43,341 nt of DNA from contig AP039711.1 in the NCBI GenBank assembly GCA_051599415.1, positions 186,001-229,341 of the forward strand, written 5' to 3'. Shown here piece by piece: positions 24,451 through 35,117 of this stretch. Below the pieces are notes generated by a model that worked only from the letters and a program-made list of their open reading frames with translations, ran no database searches and was not told the origin of the DNA. The position numbers were made by a program, and so were the translations under genes. Source of the DNA: Savitreella phatthalungensis. Its lineage: Eukaryota. Position 1 is the first letter of the stretch, and every line of letters begins with the position of its first letter.

Positions 24451-26133
24451 TCACTCGAGCGAAATGGCCAGCGCGTAGTCAAAGTCGTCGTCTTCTTGCG
24501 TGCGAACGTGCGCGCTCGTGGCATGCTCGACATCGTGGAGTGACCTCCTGACCGCTTCCGCTAGATCGTCGTCGTCGCAATTAGATTGGCGATGACTAAA
24601 TTCGGCGCTGAGCATCTGGGCGTATTCGACGAGTTCGTCAGGCGTCAAGTCTCTTGCCAGCTGCCCGCCCGCGAGCGTCTCCAGCCGATCATTCTCAGCT
24701 TCTCTCAGCATCGTCTCGTATATGTCGTCCTCAATGTCGCGCTGTATTGTCGTTCGTCGGTCGTGCAAGGGCATGCCAGCGCCTGTAGTTGCGTGTCGTC
24801 GTCGTGACAGCCCTTTTCGCTTCCCATTTGCTCGCTCTGCCAAGGGATCAACGTCAAAGGCACGTACCTGACTGCCGATGCGGAAAACTCCGGCTGATGG
24901 CGATGGCCCTAGAAGCACGTTGCCTACCACGAACCGACCCGGCTGTTCTTCTGCCAGGGCGAGATGCTTCTGCGACAGGAGCGACCATTGCTTGAGCAGC
25001 TCGCCGGTGAAGATGTCAAGAACGAGAAGCCGACCATCTGATGTACCTACACAGCAGCTCGAAGCAGATATTGCCAGGTCTGAAATCACGCCGTCCTCAA
25101 TTGTATGCGTCGCAACGGCCTCGAGCGTGCGCGCGTCGATGATCGTGACACAATAATCGTCTGCATATGCTGCCAAACATCCGCCACGGCCAGGCAATTC
25201 TTCTCCTCGTGGATATTCTGGAGCCATAGCGGCATGTAGCAGGTGGACTTCTTTCGCAATCTGGAGCTGCCCGGTCCGACGAATTAGCCTATCTGTGAAG
25301 GTCAGGACGTCGCCCGCGTCGACAGCAAATGAATGTGCTCGCGACGAATCGAGGGCACGTTCAACAATTTCGCAGCAATCATTCTCAATCGTCCAGAGCT
25401 CTCCGGAAGAGCACAGAACAAGAAGCCGCTGGCCCTGCCACAGCACGTCAATCGCTCCTTGAACTTTGTGTCGCCCTCGATGCCGGCTGCTGTCCCGAAA
25501 GTTCCAAAGTATGATGCCGCCATCATCGGCCAAAGACGCCAGATTGACGTCGGACGCGTCATTCATCGTCAATTTCGTGACAGGAGCGTCGTGCCAGCCA
25601 GCACGTGTGAACGCCTCGAAGGATTTGGAAACTTCCCTGACCATGTGGTTGAAAGCGACGGTGCCGTTCCGGAAGCCATAGATGATACCGCCACGAAAAA
25701 GGTGCATGGCTGTCACGTCGCCACTGCTCAAGCGCATTGAGGACGGGTATAGCAGAGCTTTTGAGACCTTGCCTGAGTACGTGTCTGCGATAGCGACGAG
25801 CCCATTTGCCATACTGCCCGCCATTACCGACGTCGGTGACAGCATGTGAAGGTGCGTGATAGGCCCAACACGGCAGTCGAAAAGCAGGGAGCGTCCACGT
25901 CCGCGCCGATACTTGCGCTGGAGATTGGCTCTTAAAATGTACTCCTGCCGCCAGGTCTTAGCAAGCGCTGGAAAGCGCTCCGGCGCGTTCATTTGTCGAA
26001 CCAGCGCGGCCTTCCAGGCATTCTCATTCTCGATCAGTAGTCGCATGCGCCGACAACTCAGAGCAAGGCTCTCGAGCGAATGTGGATCCAGTTCCGAGCA
26101 CACTGCCAGCCATACCTCGCCAGGTAGGTCCAT
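24451..26133 (-). CDS. F-box / WD40-like protein with C-terminal ubiquitin-interacting motifs (Pof10-like)
   Basis: N-terminal F-box MDLPGEVWLAVCSEL...LALSCRRM, beta-propeller-like middle, UIM-like DDLAEAVRRSL and DDFDYALAISL. Confidence 0.75.
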   Translation of the reverse strand: MDLPGEVWLAVCSELDPHSLESLALSCRRMRLLIENENAWKAALVRQMNAPERFPALAKTWRQEYILRANLQRKYRRGRGRSLLFDCRVGPITHLHMLSPTSVMAGSMANGLVAIADTYSGKVSKALLYPSSMRLSSGDVTAMHLFRGGIIYGFRNGTVAFNHMVREVSKSFEAFTRAGWHDAPVTKLTMNDASDVNLASLADDGGIILWNFRDSSRHRGRHKVQGAIDVLWQGQRLLVLCSSGELWTIENDCCEIVERALDSSRAHSFAVDAGDVLTFTDRLIRRTGQLQIAKEVHLLHAAMAPEYPRGEELPGRGGCLAAYADDYCVTIIDARTLEAVATHTIEDGVISDLAISASSCCVGTSDGRLLVLDIFTGELLKQWSLLSQKHLALAEEQPGRFVVGNVLLGPSPSAGVFRIGSQVRAFDVDPLAERANGKRKGLSRRRHATTGAGMPLHDRRTTIQRDIEDDIYETMLREAENDRLETLAGGQLARDLTPDELVEYAQMLSAEFSHRQSNCDDDDLAEAVRRSLHDVEHATSAHVRTQEDDDFDYALAISLE

Positions 26134-26268
26134 AGTAAGCCGCTGATGTCTTTACTCGGGGAATGAATTTATTTACTACATCCACATGCGTCATCGTCAG
26201 GATATACTCACTAACTTGCTTTCCTAGGCGATAGATTCAGAGTTGCATCGAAAGATGTGCATTCACCT

Positions 26269-27840
26269 CTACTTCTTCGTCGGCTTATTAGGCGCCGTCT
26301 CTGGTCCTACGAGGACATGGTTGTGTTGTCCGCTCTTGTGGATCTCCCCATGTTGCTTATCCTCGTAGCACATGTCGATTGACTGGATCCAGTCATCGAG
26401 CACGATGTCATGCATACGGAAGCGCTGTGCCGGATCCATCTGTAGCATTCCTTTGATTACGCTGCGCGACTCGCGCGGCAGGAGACGCAGAAGACGCCAA
26501 GGTCCCCTCAACGGATTCTGCTGATCAGCGGCATTTGCCGTCTGTTGCGTCTCGGTCGACGCCTGGGCCAGGGCCGGCATGCGACAGCGCTCGTCAGACC
26601 GCGGATCATTGGTTGCAAAAGACTTGAACGAATTGTCTGATAGCCGCGGAGATTTCCAAGGGAATCGGCGAAGCCACATGCAGCAGAAGATGATGGCACA
26701 TGACCAGATGTCCGCAGGCTCGGGAGAGTAGCTCGTCTGGCTGCAGGTCTCCGGGGAGAGATAAGGATCGGAGCCGACGATGCCTGTCGCATTTTGTACC
26801 TCCTCTTCGAACGGATAGCGGAAGACAAATGCCGAGCCGAAGTCGATGATTTTGACAATACCGTGCTCGTCTACAACGAGGTTGTCGAGTTTGAGGTCGC
26901 GATGAGCCAGACCCATGCCGTGTAAATATTCGACGCCTCGGAGGAGCTGCTTGAAGCAGCAGAAAACCTCCGCACGAGTCATCTTGCCTGTCATGACGAT
27001 AGCAAACAGGTCAAACGGAGCGTACTCCATGACCTGATACCATCGGCTATTGTCTTTGAGCACCTCGATCGTCTCGATCACGTTGGAATGATGCATCGCA
27101 CTCGCCACACAGAATTCGGCCGTGACCTTCTTGTTGTACTCCTTCTGCGACTCATTCACAGCGCGCTCACGGAATTCCTTGACAGCGTAAAGCTGATTGT
27201 CGCTAAGCCGTTTGACGATGCGCACACTTCCGCCGGCGCCGCTGCCAAGCAATTTCCCGACTTTGCCGTATTTCTGGTGGAAGCCGATGTGATCATCACC
27301 CTTGACTTTCTTTGGCACCTTGGAATCAAGTTCGGGCATGTATACTGCCGAGGACGAGTGTGAGTCTGTGCCCGTCGGCGTACTGAAGCCACTCTTTTTG
27401 CCGGAGTGACCGTGTCGGAAAAACTTGCCGAGATCGAAGCTGGAGTGATGTTTCACATGCTCAGTTGTCTCCTTTGGCTTCTTGTTCGTCTGTGTATGGT
27501 GGTGATGGAAGAAGTCACGGAGGTGTATGTGCGAGCTGTGATGGGAACCCGCACCGGCGTGTGCCGCTGCCTGCGCCTGGTGATGATGTTTCTGGAAGAT
27601 GAACTGCGGCGCAATCTCGTGCGACTGTGGAAGCCGTGCGCTGCGCCTATAGGGGTCTTCTGGGTCGTTGCGCGGTGTCGATGGCGGCGAGATGTCCGGA
27701 GAGTGGATGCGCGAATGTGGATGCGAGCCAGACAGCGAGCCCTGACGTGACCCGATTGTCGCAGCCCCGAGTTCCTGCCTCAGTTGAGCTACATCTGATT
27801 CGTCCGCATCATCGTCAATCACAAATTGAGGTCTCGACAT
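26269..27840 (-). CDS. Npr1/Hal-family Ser/Thr protein kinase
   Basis: LGSGAGGSV, YAVKEF, KKVTAEFC, AHRDLKLDN, IDFG, GIVGSDPYLSPE, RRFPWK; His-rich N-terminus. Confidence 0.92.
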   Translation of the reverse strand: MSRPQFVIDDDADESDVAQLRQELGAATIGSRQGSLSGSHPHSRIHSPDISPPSTPRNDPEDPYRRSARLPQSHEIAPQFIFQKHHHQAQAAAHAGAGSHHSSHIHLRDFFHHHHTQTNKKPKETTEHVKHHSSFDLGKFFRHGHSGKKSGFSTPTGTDSHSSSAVYMPELDSKVPKKVKGDDHIGFHQKYGKVGKLLGSGAGGSVRIVKRLSDNQLYAVKEFRERAVNESQKEYNKKVTAEFCVASAMHHSNVIETIEVLKDNSRWYQVMEYAPFDLFAIVMTGKMTRAEVFCCFKQLLRGVEYLHGMGLAHRDLKLDNLVVDEHGIVKIIDFGSAFVFRYPFEEEVQNATGIVGSDPYLSPETCSQTSYSPEPADIWSCAIIFCCMWLRRFPWKSPRLSDNSFKSFATNDPRSDERCRMPALAQASTETQQTANAADQQNPLRGPWRLLRLLPRESRSVIKGMLQMDPAQRFRMHDIVLDDWIQSIDMCYEDKQHGEIHKSGQHNHVLVGPETAPNKPTKK

Positions 27841-27979
27841 GGTCGAAGCACTTCGAGTTTACCTTTGTCGTGTTGCGCCGATCTTCGTCGGCTTTTCAAC
27901 CCTTGCACATGGAACACCAATTTAGCAGAGCTCGGCAAAAAGGAGCACGGGGTGCAGTTCATCATGAAGTGAATATGTT

Positions 27980-28600
27980 TTAAGGTCGTCTTGCTACTAT
28001 GTCATGAAGAGACGCGACGCGGTTGCTCAGACTCATAAAGGCGAGCTGCTCGTGCTCCAGCGCCTGCTTGAGACCCTTGGCTGTGACGCTCCCATCATCA
28101 AGGAGGTCAACGTGTCGCTCTAGGTTGTCCAGTAATCTTATGTACTCTTTAAGTCTGCGCTCCAGTGCGTCCGTGCTCTTGTTGAAGAAGGAGAGAATGA
28201 CATCGGCGGCAGGCCTGCCGTGAAAAGTCCGTGATCTGGCGCTGTCTATGTATGTTGTGCTCAGCCGCGCGTTGGAGGAGGTCTTTGCGAGCTCGTCCGC
28301 AATAGTCTGCACGATTGTTTGGTCGTTCTGCAAATTTCCCCTGACGCGCGCCAATCTCCGTTGTACTTCGCCTACATCTGCATCGATGGAATCGACAGTG
28401 TCCTGCAGTATGTCTGCGTGCAGTCCTAGCTGATCCGATAGGGATGTCTGTTGCGAGATATGCGCCTGCAGGCCCTCAAGCAAAGCTTGCGCGTCCGGAG
28501 GGAGATCACTCACCCTCGTTAGTCTCTCGAGTGTAGGCGCAGGCGCAAGAGTCGAAGCCGGAGCCTGAGTCGGAGCGACGCTCGCCCCGAAGGAGAACAT
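27980..28600 (-). CDS. Nup49/Nup58-like central-channel nucleoporin coiled-coil protein (206 aa)
   Basis: TRVSDLPPDAQALLEGL..HI..Q, FFNK..D.LE.RL.EY and FMSLSNRVASLHD resemble the Nup49 helical region. Start MFSFG at 28600. Confidence 0.62.
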   Translation of the reverse strand: MFSFGASVAPTQAPASTLAPAPTLERLTRVSDLPPDAQALLEGLQAHISQQTSLSDQLGLHADILQDTVDSIDADVGEVQRRLARVRGNLQNDQTIVQTIADELAKTSSNARLSTTYIDSARSRTFHGRPAADVILSFFNKSTDALERRLKEYIRLLDNLERHVDLLDDGSVTAKGLKQALEHEQLAFMSLSNRVASLHDIVARRP

Positions 28601-28713
28601 TCCCTGTCTGAGCTGACTCCCGTATGTATTTACTTGCGCATATATCCATTGATCGCAAACGCACCTCAAAATCCGTCACGCACACGTCTACGGCGCGACG
28701 GCGAACTCCACAC

Positions 28714-29556
28714 ATGGACGAGCTCGCAGAGCTCTATGAAGGGGACGCAGTTGACTCCGAGCAGGTGACCGGTAGTGTTGGCGTGGACGACAGCGATGCG
28801 GATGACTCAGGCTCGGAGTCCGACTCCGATCTCGAGATCGTTATATCAGCCAAGCCGGGCCAGCGTGCAGAGGCACCGGACTCGGCTCGACAGGCTGGCA
28901 TTGCGCCGGCGGTCAGAATCACCAGGCCAGATACCGGTGGCTCTACATCCACACCGATTGCAATTGTGCAACCACGAAGGGAACCAATCGTCCGACCACC
29001 GGAGATCGACCTAGAGGCCATAGCTCAGCTCGACGGCAAGAGCATCATCGAGCAAGACCTCGAACAGCTGGAACGCAAGCCGTGGCGATTGCCGGGGGCA
29101 GATATCTCGGAGTACTTCAACTATGGCTTCGACGAATTCACATGGACTGCATACTGCCAGAAGCAGAAGCAGCTTCGCGACGACTACGAGCCGTCAAAGG
29201 TAATGGCGAGCATGATGTCAATGTCAATGCCTGGCATGATGGGCGGTATGCCTATGGCAATGCCAGGAATGCCTGCAATGCCGGGGATGCCTGCAATGCC
29301 GGGGATGGCACCGCTCGGAGGATCAATGCAGAGCATGCCACCGATGCCGAGCTCTATGGCGGGCATGCCTCCCATCGTGGGCCCGATGACGAGTGAGCCA
29401 CAGGATGCGGAGCGCGAGAGAGAGTCACACAGGGACAGGGAGAGGGAGAGAGATTATAAGGATCGGGAACGAGACCGGGAACGAGATCGCGACCGCGATC
29501 GTGACGACAGGCTGCCCAGTGGGCCCTCAGGCCGGAGAGGAAAGAGACGGTGGTGA
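28714..29556 (+). CDS. fip1: Pre-mRNA polyadenylation factor Fip1
   Basis: Fip1 motif KPWRLPGADISEYFNYGFDEFTWTAYC, acidic N-terminus, RD/RE-rich C-terminus. First ATG at 28714. Confidence 0.93.
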   Translation: MDELAELYEGDAVDSEQVTGSVGVDDSDADDSGSESDSDLEIVISAKPGQRAEAPDSARQAGIAPAVRITRPDTGGSTSTPIAIVQPRREPIVRPPEIDLEAIAQLDGKSIIEQDLEQLERKPWRLPGADISEYFNYGFDEFTWTAYCQKQKQLRDDYEPSKVMASMMSMSMPGMMGGMPMAMPGMPAMPGMPAMPGMAPLGGSMQSMPPMPSSMAGMPPIVGPMTSEPQDAERERESHRDRERERDYKDRERDRERDRDRDRDDRLPSGPSGRRGKRRW

Positions 29557-29713
29557 ACGAATTTTATGTTATAAACCTTAGTTGCTCGGATTTAGATATG
29601 ATTGGCTTCCAGGTGATCAGTACCATGTGGGCAATAGAGCACGTAGCGACAAGCTGGCATATCAAGAAGAGCAAGCCTGTTCCATTCTTGACCGACATAG
29701 AGACGACGTCGAC

Positions 29714-31039
29714 ATGGTCTATCACAAGGTCAAGACTGGTTGTAGAGAGTGCAAGCGCCGCCGCATAAAATGTCCGGAAGAGCGGCCGTGTTGCTCGAGA
29801 TGCTTACGTTCCAAGCGGCAGTGCGAGTATGCGCCGGTTCAGGAAGCCGTCAGTCGCCCGGCTAAGCGGCGCGCCATCGACGAAGTTGCCCTGCCACTCG
29901 ACAAAGATGCAATGTGGTTTGAGGACAAGACGTCTGGCTCTGCATTGATTGGTAAGGCGCATGAAGGACCACAGCTCGAGTTCCGTGTTGCCATGCTTGA
30001 AGCTAGCGAAAAGGCGCAGAAAGATGACGTCGGGCATCCAGTGCTGGATCAATTCAGAGCAGCAATGCGCGAAGCCTCGAGCCCAAGGACGCCTTCCCTT
30101 GTACTTTCGGTCTCCACGGGCTCATCTCCAACAAATCCGCTCTCGACTCCCACTTCTGGACCGGACGAGGACGTGCAGGAGATCTACACAGCAGGCACGA
30201 TGCCCATCACAGCTGATGAGCCGCTTGATACAGACTTTTGTGCGCAGATTGGGCTCGTTGCAAAGCGCCGCGCTCGGCACGTCTCGCCCAATCTCTTTGT
30301 CAACGAAGTAAGTGACTTGATTGAGCACTATTTGGCCAAAGTCGGGCCTTCTTTTGCGTTCAAAAATACGACCCACTCCTACGCATTCATTTGGACTACG
30401 GATGTCGTCAAACTCGCTTCGCAGAATCAGCTGATTCAGGACGCGATTCTCATGATGGCTGCAGCCGATCTGTTCTATCGCACCGACGACAAGGAACACG
30501 AGTGTAAAGCACTCAAATACAAAGGTAGGGTGTTGACGGGCCTCGTCGATGCCGTCGAGACGGATAAATTCCCGGCGCTCGTGGCGACGATGGCGCTCGC
30601 ATCAGGCCTGGCTGGACTCGGCGAGCGCTGGCTCGACATCATTCCGAAAGTGCACATGATGAAGCGCATCGTCAACGATAGGTGGAAGGACGAGCTGCTC
30701 AGCCTCGCACAAATTACCCACCTTATTGAGAGCTCAAAGGGACCTATGGAATCGCAAAAACTCCAGTACAGGCTTTTCCAATGGTACGCGGCCCACTCAG
30801 GCGAAGATGACCCGGAATTCTACAGGGTCCTTTTCAAACTCCTGAGTCAGTACGCAGACCCAGATGCAGGACTTCACGCGATCGCTCGTAGCTGTCTCGA
30901 AAGATACCTCGAGCTCAGTGGCGGGGAGCCGGGACTGGCTGCAGACCTCCTGGCAAGATTCCCTGAGGATGCTCGTATTCAGTGGGACAAGCGCAAGCGC
31001 AAACAGGCCAGGTGGATTGGCAGAATTGCAGCAGTATAG
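29714..31039 (+). CDS. Zn(II)2Cys6 fungal transcription factor (Upc2-like N-terminus)
   Basis: HKVKTGCRECKRRRIKCPEERPCCSRCLRSKRQC fits C-x2-C-x6-C-x6-C-x2-C-x6-C. ATG at 29714. Confidence 0.88.
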   Translation: MVYHKVKTGCRECKRRRIKCPEERPCCSRCLRSKRQCEYAPVQEAVSRPAKRRAIDEVALPLDKDAMWFEDKTSGSALIGKAHEGPQLEFRVAMLEASEKAQKDDVGHPVLDQFRAAMREASSPRTPSLVLSVSTGSSPTNPLSTPTSGPDEDVQEIYTAGTMPITADEPLDTDFCAQIGLVAKRRARHVSPNLFVNEVSDLIEHYLAKVGPSFAFKNTTHSYAFIWTTDVVKLASQNQLIQDAILMMAAADLFYRTDDKEHECKALKYKGRVLTGLVDAVETDKFPALVATMALASGLAGLGERWLDIIPKVHMMKRIVNDRWKDELLSLAQITHLIESSKGPMESQKLQYRLFQWYAAHSGEDDPEFYRVLFKLLSQYADPDAGLHAIARSCLERYLELSGGEPGLAADLLARFPEDARIQWDKRKRKQARWIGRIAAV

Positions 31040-31547
31040 ATAATTTCTTACAATTGGAAACCCCCTTTATCATGTCCACCAGGGCATTATTGCGCTGTGT
31101 GAGGGTTCAGTGGCAAAGGTGGTCCGAGTACCAGTCAATATGCGTCTTGTCAAGCGCTCTGGTCGTCTACATACAATACAATTATACAAATTGGCTGTCA
31201 CTGCTGCGATCAGTCCACTACAGCATGTCTTAAAACGGCGTCATCTTTGCCTGAGTTTCAAGACCTTCTGTCGTAGTCACTGCGCCCCAGTATACGCAAT
31301 ATTTTGGATGCATGCCCCATGCACACGGCTGTGCTGCTTCTTTCATGGCGTGTTCCGCGACACACATCAGTAATGTAAGCAGCGCCAGTATATACGGTTA
31401 TTTTCCAGGCATGTATAAGAATACTCATTGTTGTAAATTAGGTCATAATTGTGACTACTATTTCATGTTGTGTTTATAGATGTTCGGAATATTTGTCTCT
31501 CCTTTTCAATTGCAGGCACTCTTTTCCTGTGACAACACTCGCCACAT

Positions 31548-31795
31548 TGTTGCGGAGGACGACCGCAGGGAGCCGAGAGCAGCAGACAAAGCGACACGGA
31601 CACAAATCAGACAATACAGGTGGACACAGACAGAGTCCATCGAGGAACACGGAAAGAGACAAACGAGTATGCACAAGTACAAACAGACACAAATGAGCTA
31701 CAAGAGGCGGTCTAGGCAATGACGCTGACCCTAACTGATACATACCACAACACTGCTGATGTGGCAGACTGTTTGAGGTACAAGGGGGCGCAGCA
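31548..31795 (+). mobile_element. Decayed 5' part (U3) of an LTR; left arm of the fold-back
   Basis: Begins TGTTGCGGAGGAC and aligns by eye with LTR 34681-34926. Confidence 0.85.
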
Positions 31796-32070
31796 TTGTC
31801 CTGTGCTAGGTCCTGGTGTTGATGATGCGTGCTGCGTCCCCTGAGACCCGACCAGCCTGCCACGTCAGCAGAGTCGCGGTATGTATCATTTATAGCATAG
31901 TCAGTGTCACTGCCTCGACCGCCTCTCGTAGTCCTTCTGATTCTGTTTGTACTCATTTGAATCTCTCCGTGTTTCTCGGTGGACTCCGTCTGTGTCCTCC
32001 TGTGTCGACTGGTTTGTGTCTGTGTCGCTTTGTCCGTCGATCCCGGGTCCGGCGGCCGTCCTCCGCGACA
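31796..32070 (-). mobile_element. Decayed partial LTR in inverted orientation; right arm of the fold-back
   Basis: Ends GTCCTCCGCGACA, the reverse complement of the LTR start; aligns with LTR 34681-~34980. Confidence 0.88.
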
Positions 32071-33387
32071 CTTAGGGGCTTCGTAAGTCCTAATCTCTAG
32101 TCCTTACCTCGATACTCGCTTTTGTCTCGTTTTTGACTATCGTCTCGTGTATGTATGTATATATTGTCATGTGACCTCGTATCAGCCAGTGAGAAACCTA
32201 CTTGTAGCAGCCAATGTTACTGTCATGGGAGTCCATGTAAAGTGCAAAGAATTTCTGTTCTGTACTGATCATCCACCAGTGATAGTCCTCGCAATATGTT
32301 GGCTTTCATGGCGTCTGCCTGCTCTCGAACATGTTCCGGCATTGTTCAACTGCTGAGCTACTCCTCACGTCACGCCACGTGCAAGTCGTCATTTGTTGAT
32401 CTTTCAAAACTTCGATTGTATACCTGGTTTCCCTGCGGAGCTGTAATTCGGGTGAGGTATGCCTCTGTCTCTGTCGTCCAGAATCATATAGTCCTCTTTT
32501 TTAGTTCTTAGTTCTAAATGCCCTCATTGCTGTCGTCCGGTGCATCAAATCAGCCTCTCAGATCAACGTATCGCTTGTATTTACAGCTTCACTTGAATTG
32601 GAGTACCTTTCGATTTCTTTTGACCCCTTTCTGCAATTTCGAATGTGATATAGCCGTCTGTTGCCATAAACAGAGCATTATACATGTATATTATGAAAAG
32701 AGCACCATCATTATGCATGGATTTTATGAAACAAGAGAGCATTATGCGTCATTTCATGACTCCGGCAAGCATTCGCAAAGAGCATCCTTGAGCGACTGAC
32801 GAATCTTTTACACTTCGAAAGTTCACAAAAAGAAGAGCTTTTGTGAGCAGACCTGCGACAGTGATCAATTCCAGTGACGCGCTCAAGGTTGTGCAAATAG
32901 CTGTGGCCGTTTTTCGAAGACAAGAGGGCCTCGAGCGATACATTCGTCTTAACCAGCGAAGCTTTGGCGTGTCCGGACTTTCTCTCGCGCCTCCATCATT
33001 GTATACGGTGACCCGAATGTGTTGTGTGGCTGTTTCAAGATATTGATGAAATCCATAGCACATTGTTCGTGCCAGACTGGGTACACCGCGCAAATTGCTT
33101 GTGATCGTGGCTTGCAGCTGTTCAACGCTAGCTAAGTATCACAATTTGGGACCTGAGATATACATACTGTCGGCAGTAGACTCGATCGATCATGTCATTG
33201 CAGGTCATCTGCAGTATCTTTGCCTGTAATCCGTAACGAGCTACAGATCAGTTTGTAAAACACCCATGCCGAAAGGTGGAGCTATTGAGCAATTTCCGCG
33301 TCTTCTGTTGTCTCTAGCATATAGCACAAGCGATGAAGGTGTCCCAGCCAGCTCCTGACAAAGTGTAGATATTGGTGTAACATCCGC

Positions 33388-33818
33388 TGTTGCAAAGGAC
33401 GATCGCACGACCCGAGAGCGACGGAGAAAGCGACACAGACGCAACCCAGTCAACACAGGTGGACACAGACGAAGTGCGACAAAGGGCACAACCAGACACA
33501 AACAAGTACACATAGACACAGAAGGACTACAAGAGAGGTTGGTCTAAACCCTGCTATGACTGCTACATACCACAACTCTGCTGATGTTGCTCTTTACTGC
33601 TGACATGGCAGGATGGCCTAGGTGGAAGGACACGCCACGCTGTATAGAGGCAGCATGTAATATATCACCAACGCCAGGACCAAGTACAGATCAATACAAT
33701 TCAACAGCTCCGTAGGGGGCTACCATCTTGTCAGATGTAAAAGTGAAGTGATTGCGGAAGTGACAGCATCGTGTACAGAGTGTATACAATCAAACCGGGC
33801 GACTTGGCGATCGCGACA
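33388..33818 (+). mobile_element. Full-length solo LTR with 5-bp TSD TCCGC
   Basis: TGTTGC...CGCGACA termini, colinear with the intact LTR; TCCGC at 33383-33387 and 33819-33823. Confidence 0.9.
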
Positions 33819-34023
33819 TCCGCAATTGCTTATGCTTCGAGGATGACCGTAACTTTGTGATGTAGCAATCTCCACAGCACAGATACTAAATTCTGCATCT
33901 TTCGCTTGTGATCTCTTCCACTCTATTGCGTCAAGCGTGCTGCGGTCTTTCGATGTCTGAGTGTGGTCTGCGTCATGCGATCTGCCATACAAGCAGGCTT
34001 GAGATGCGTAGTCAGCGCAGCAG

Positions 34024-34420
34024 CGCCACAGAGGACTGTCGCTGAACCCTAGAGCGGCTGACAAAGTGACACAGACACGGCATCGGAAACACAGCAGCAC
34101 TCATGTGGAGCACAGCAAGATACGAACGCTACAAAAAGTCACGGTACGATAGAAAAGATCGTGGTTCCTGACTTCACCCAGCTTGTACGACGTGTTATTG
34201 TTGCAACATGTTGCGACTCTGCTGACATGAGAGGACGCAGCATGTTGTATGTGAACGGCATGTAAGATGTCACCAACGCCTACCACACAGAGCAATATCT
34301 ATTCAACGGCTCTGAATAGAGCCACAACCCTGTCAGACATTGTATTAGAGGGTGGCGGAAGTGACTGCATTGTATGCAATTTGTATACAAGCAGCCAGGA
34401 AGACTAGACAAGGCGCGATA
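34024..34420 (+). mobile_element. Highly degenerate solo LTR
   Basis: Patchy colinear matches (gaggac.g.cgc, ctgctgac, tcaccaac, tattcaac.gctc, gcggaagtgac, gtatac, cgcgata). No clear TSD; boundaries approximate. Confidence 0.7.
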
Positions 34421-34680
34421 GCTGTATCCCGTTGCCTCTTCTTGTCTGTCGGTGTTCTCCGATGACTGTTTGTTGAGTGTCTCTCATGAAGTCCTCCAGA
34501 TTTTGTTCTTCTAAGGGATTGGGTGCTGATTTGCGTTGCTCCGCCCGGCGTACACGGGTTCTGCAGCTGTCTTCCGCGATACGCGGCATATTTCAAGACA
34601 TGGCAGAGGATGGCCCGCTATGAAATGTACATGTATCCGAAGGAAGAGGGTTCGCAACATCACAAGCAAAAGCCGCCCAT

Positions 34681-35104
34681 TGTCGCGGAGGACGGCCGCA
34701 GGACCCGAGAGCGACGGACGAAGCGACACGGACACGAGACAGACAACACAGGAGGACACAGACGGAGTCCACCGAAGAACACGGAGAGACACGAACGAGC
34801 ACGAACAGACACGGAGGGACTACGAGAGATGGCTTAGACGATGGCACCCACCATGCTATATCTGATACATACCACAACCCTGCTGACGTGGCAGGTCGGT
34901 AGGGGAAGTACAAGAAGACGCGACACGCCGTACGGAGACGGCGTGCCAGATATCACCAATACCAGGACCTAGCACAGAACGATACTATTCGACAGCTCCA
35001 TACGGGGCTACTATCTTGTCATACGTAGACCGAGTGATTGCGGAAGTGACGGCGTCGTGTACGAACCGTATACGATCGACCTGGGCCATCGACCGGCCGC
35101 GACA
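34681..35104 (+). repeat. 5' LTR
   Basis: Identical by eye to 40966-41389 except A34745 vs G41030; 8-bp terminal inverted repeat. Confidence 0.97.
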
Positions 35105-35106
35105 GT

Positions 35107-35117
35107 ATATCTGGCAC
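35107..35117 (+). other. Primer-binding site, self-priming type
   Basis: ATATCTGGCAC, 2 nt after the LTR, is the exact reverse complement of LTR-internal GTGCCAGATAT (34943-34953). Confidence 0.75.

Noticed and set aside
26135..26227. Plus-strand intron-like signals (GTAAGC...CTAAC...TAG) between two minus-strand genes
   Set aside because: No flanking plus-strand exons with coding sense, and the same bases can be read as a minus-strand donor; ambiguous without RNA data.
32147..33380. Short ORFs between the LTR relics
   Set aside because: AT-richer, stop-dense sequence with no recognisable domain; at most unidentifiable decayed DNA.
34681..34830. CRISPR-like or tandem array in the ACACGG/GACAC-rich stretch
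   Set aside because: Low-complexity U3 of the LTR with no regular repeat-spacer structure; the genome is eukaryotic.
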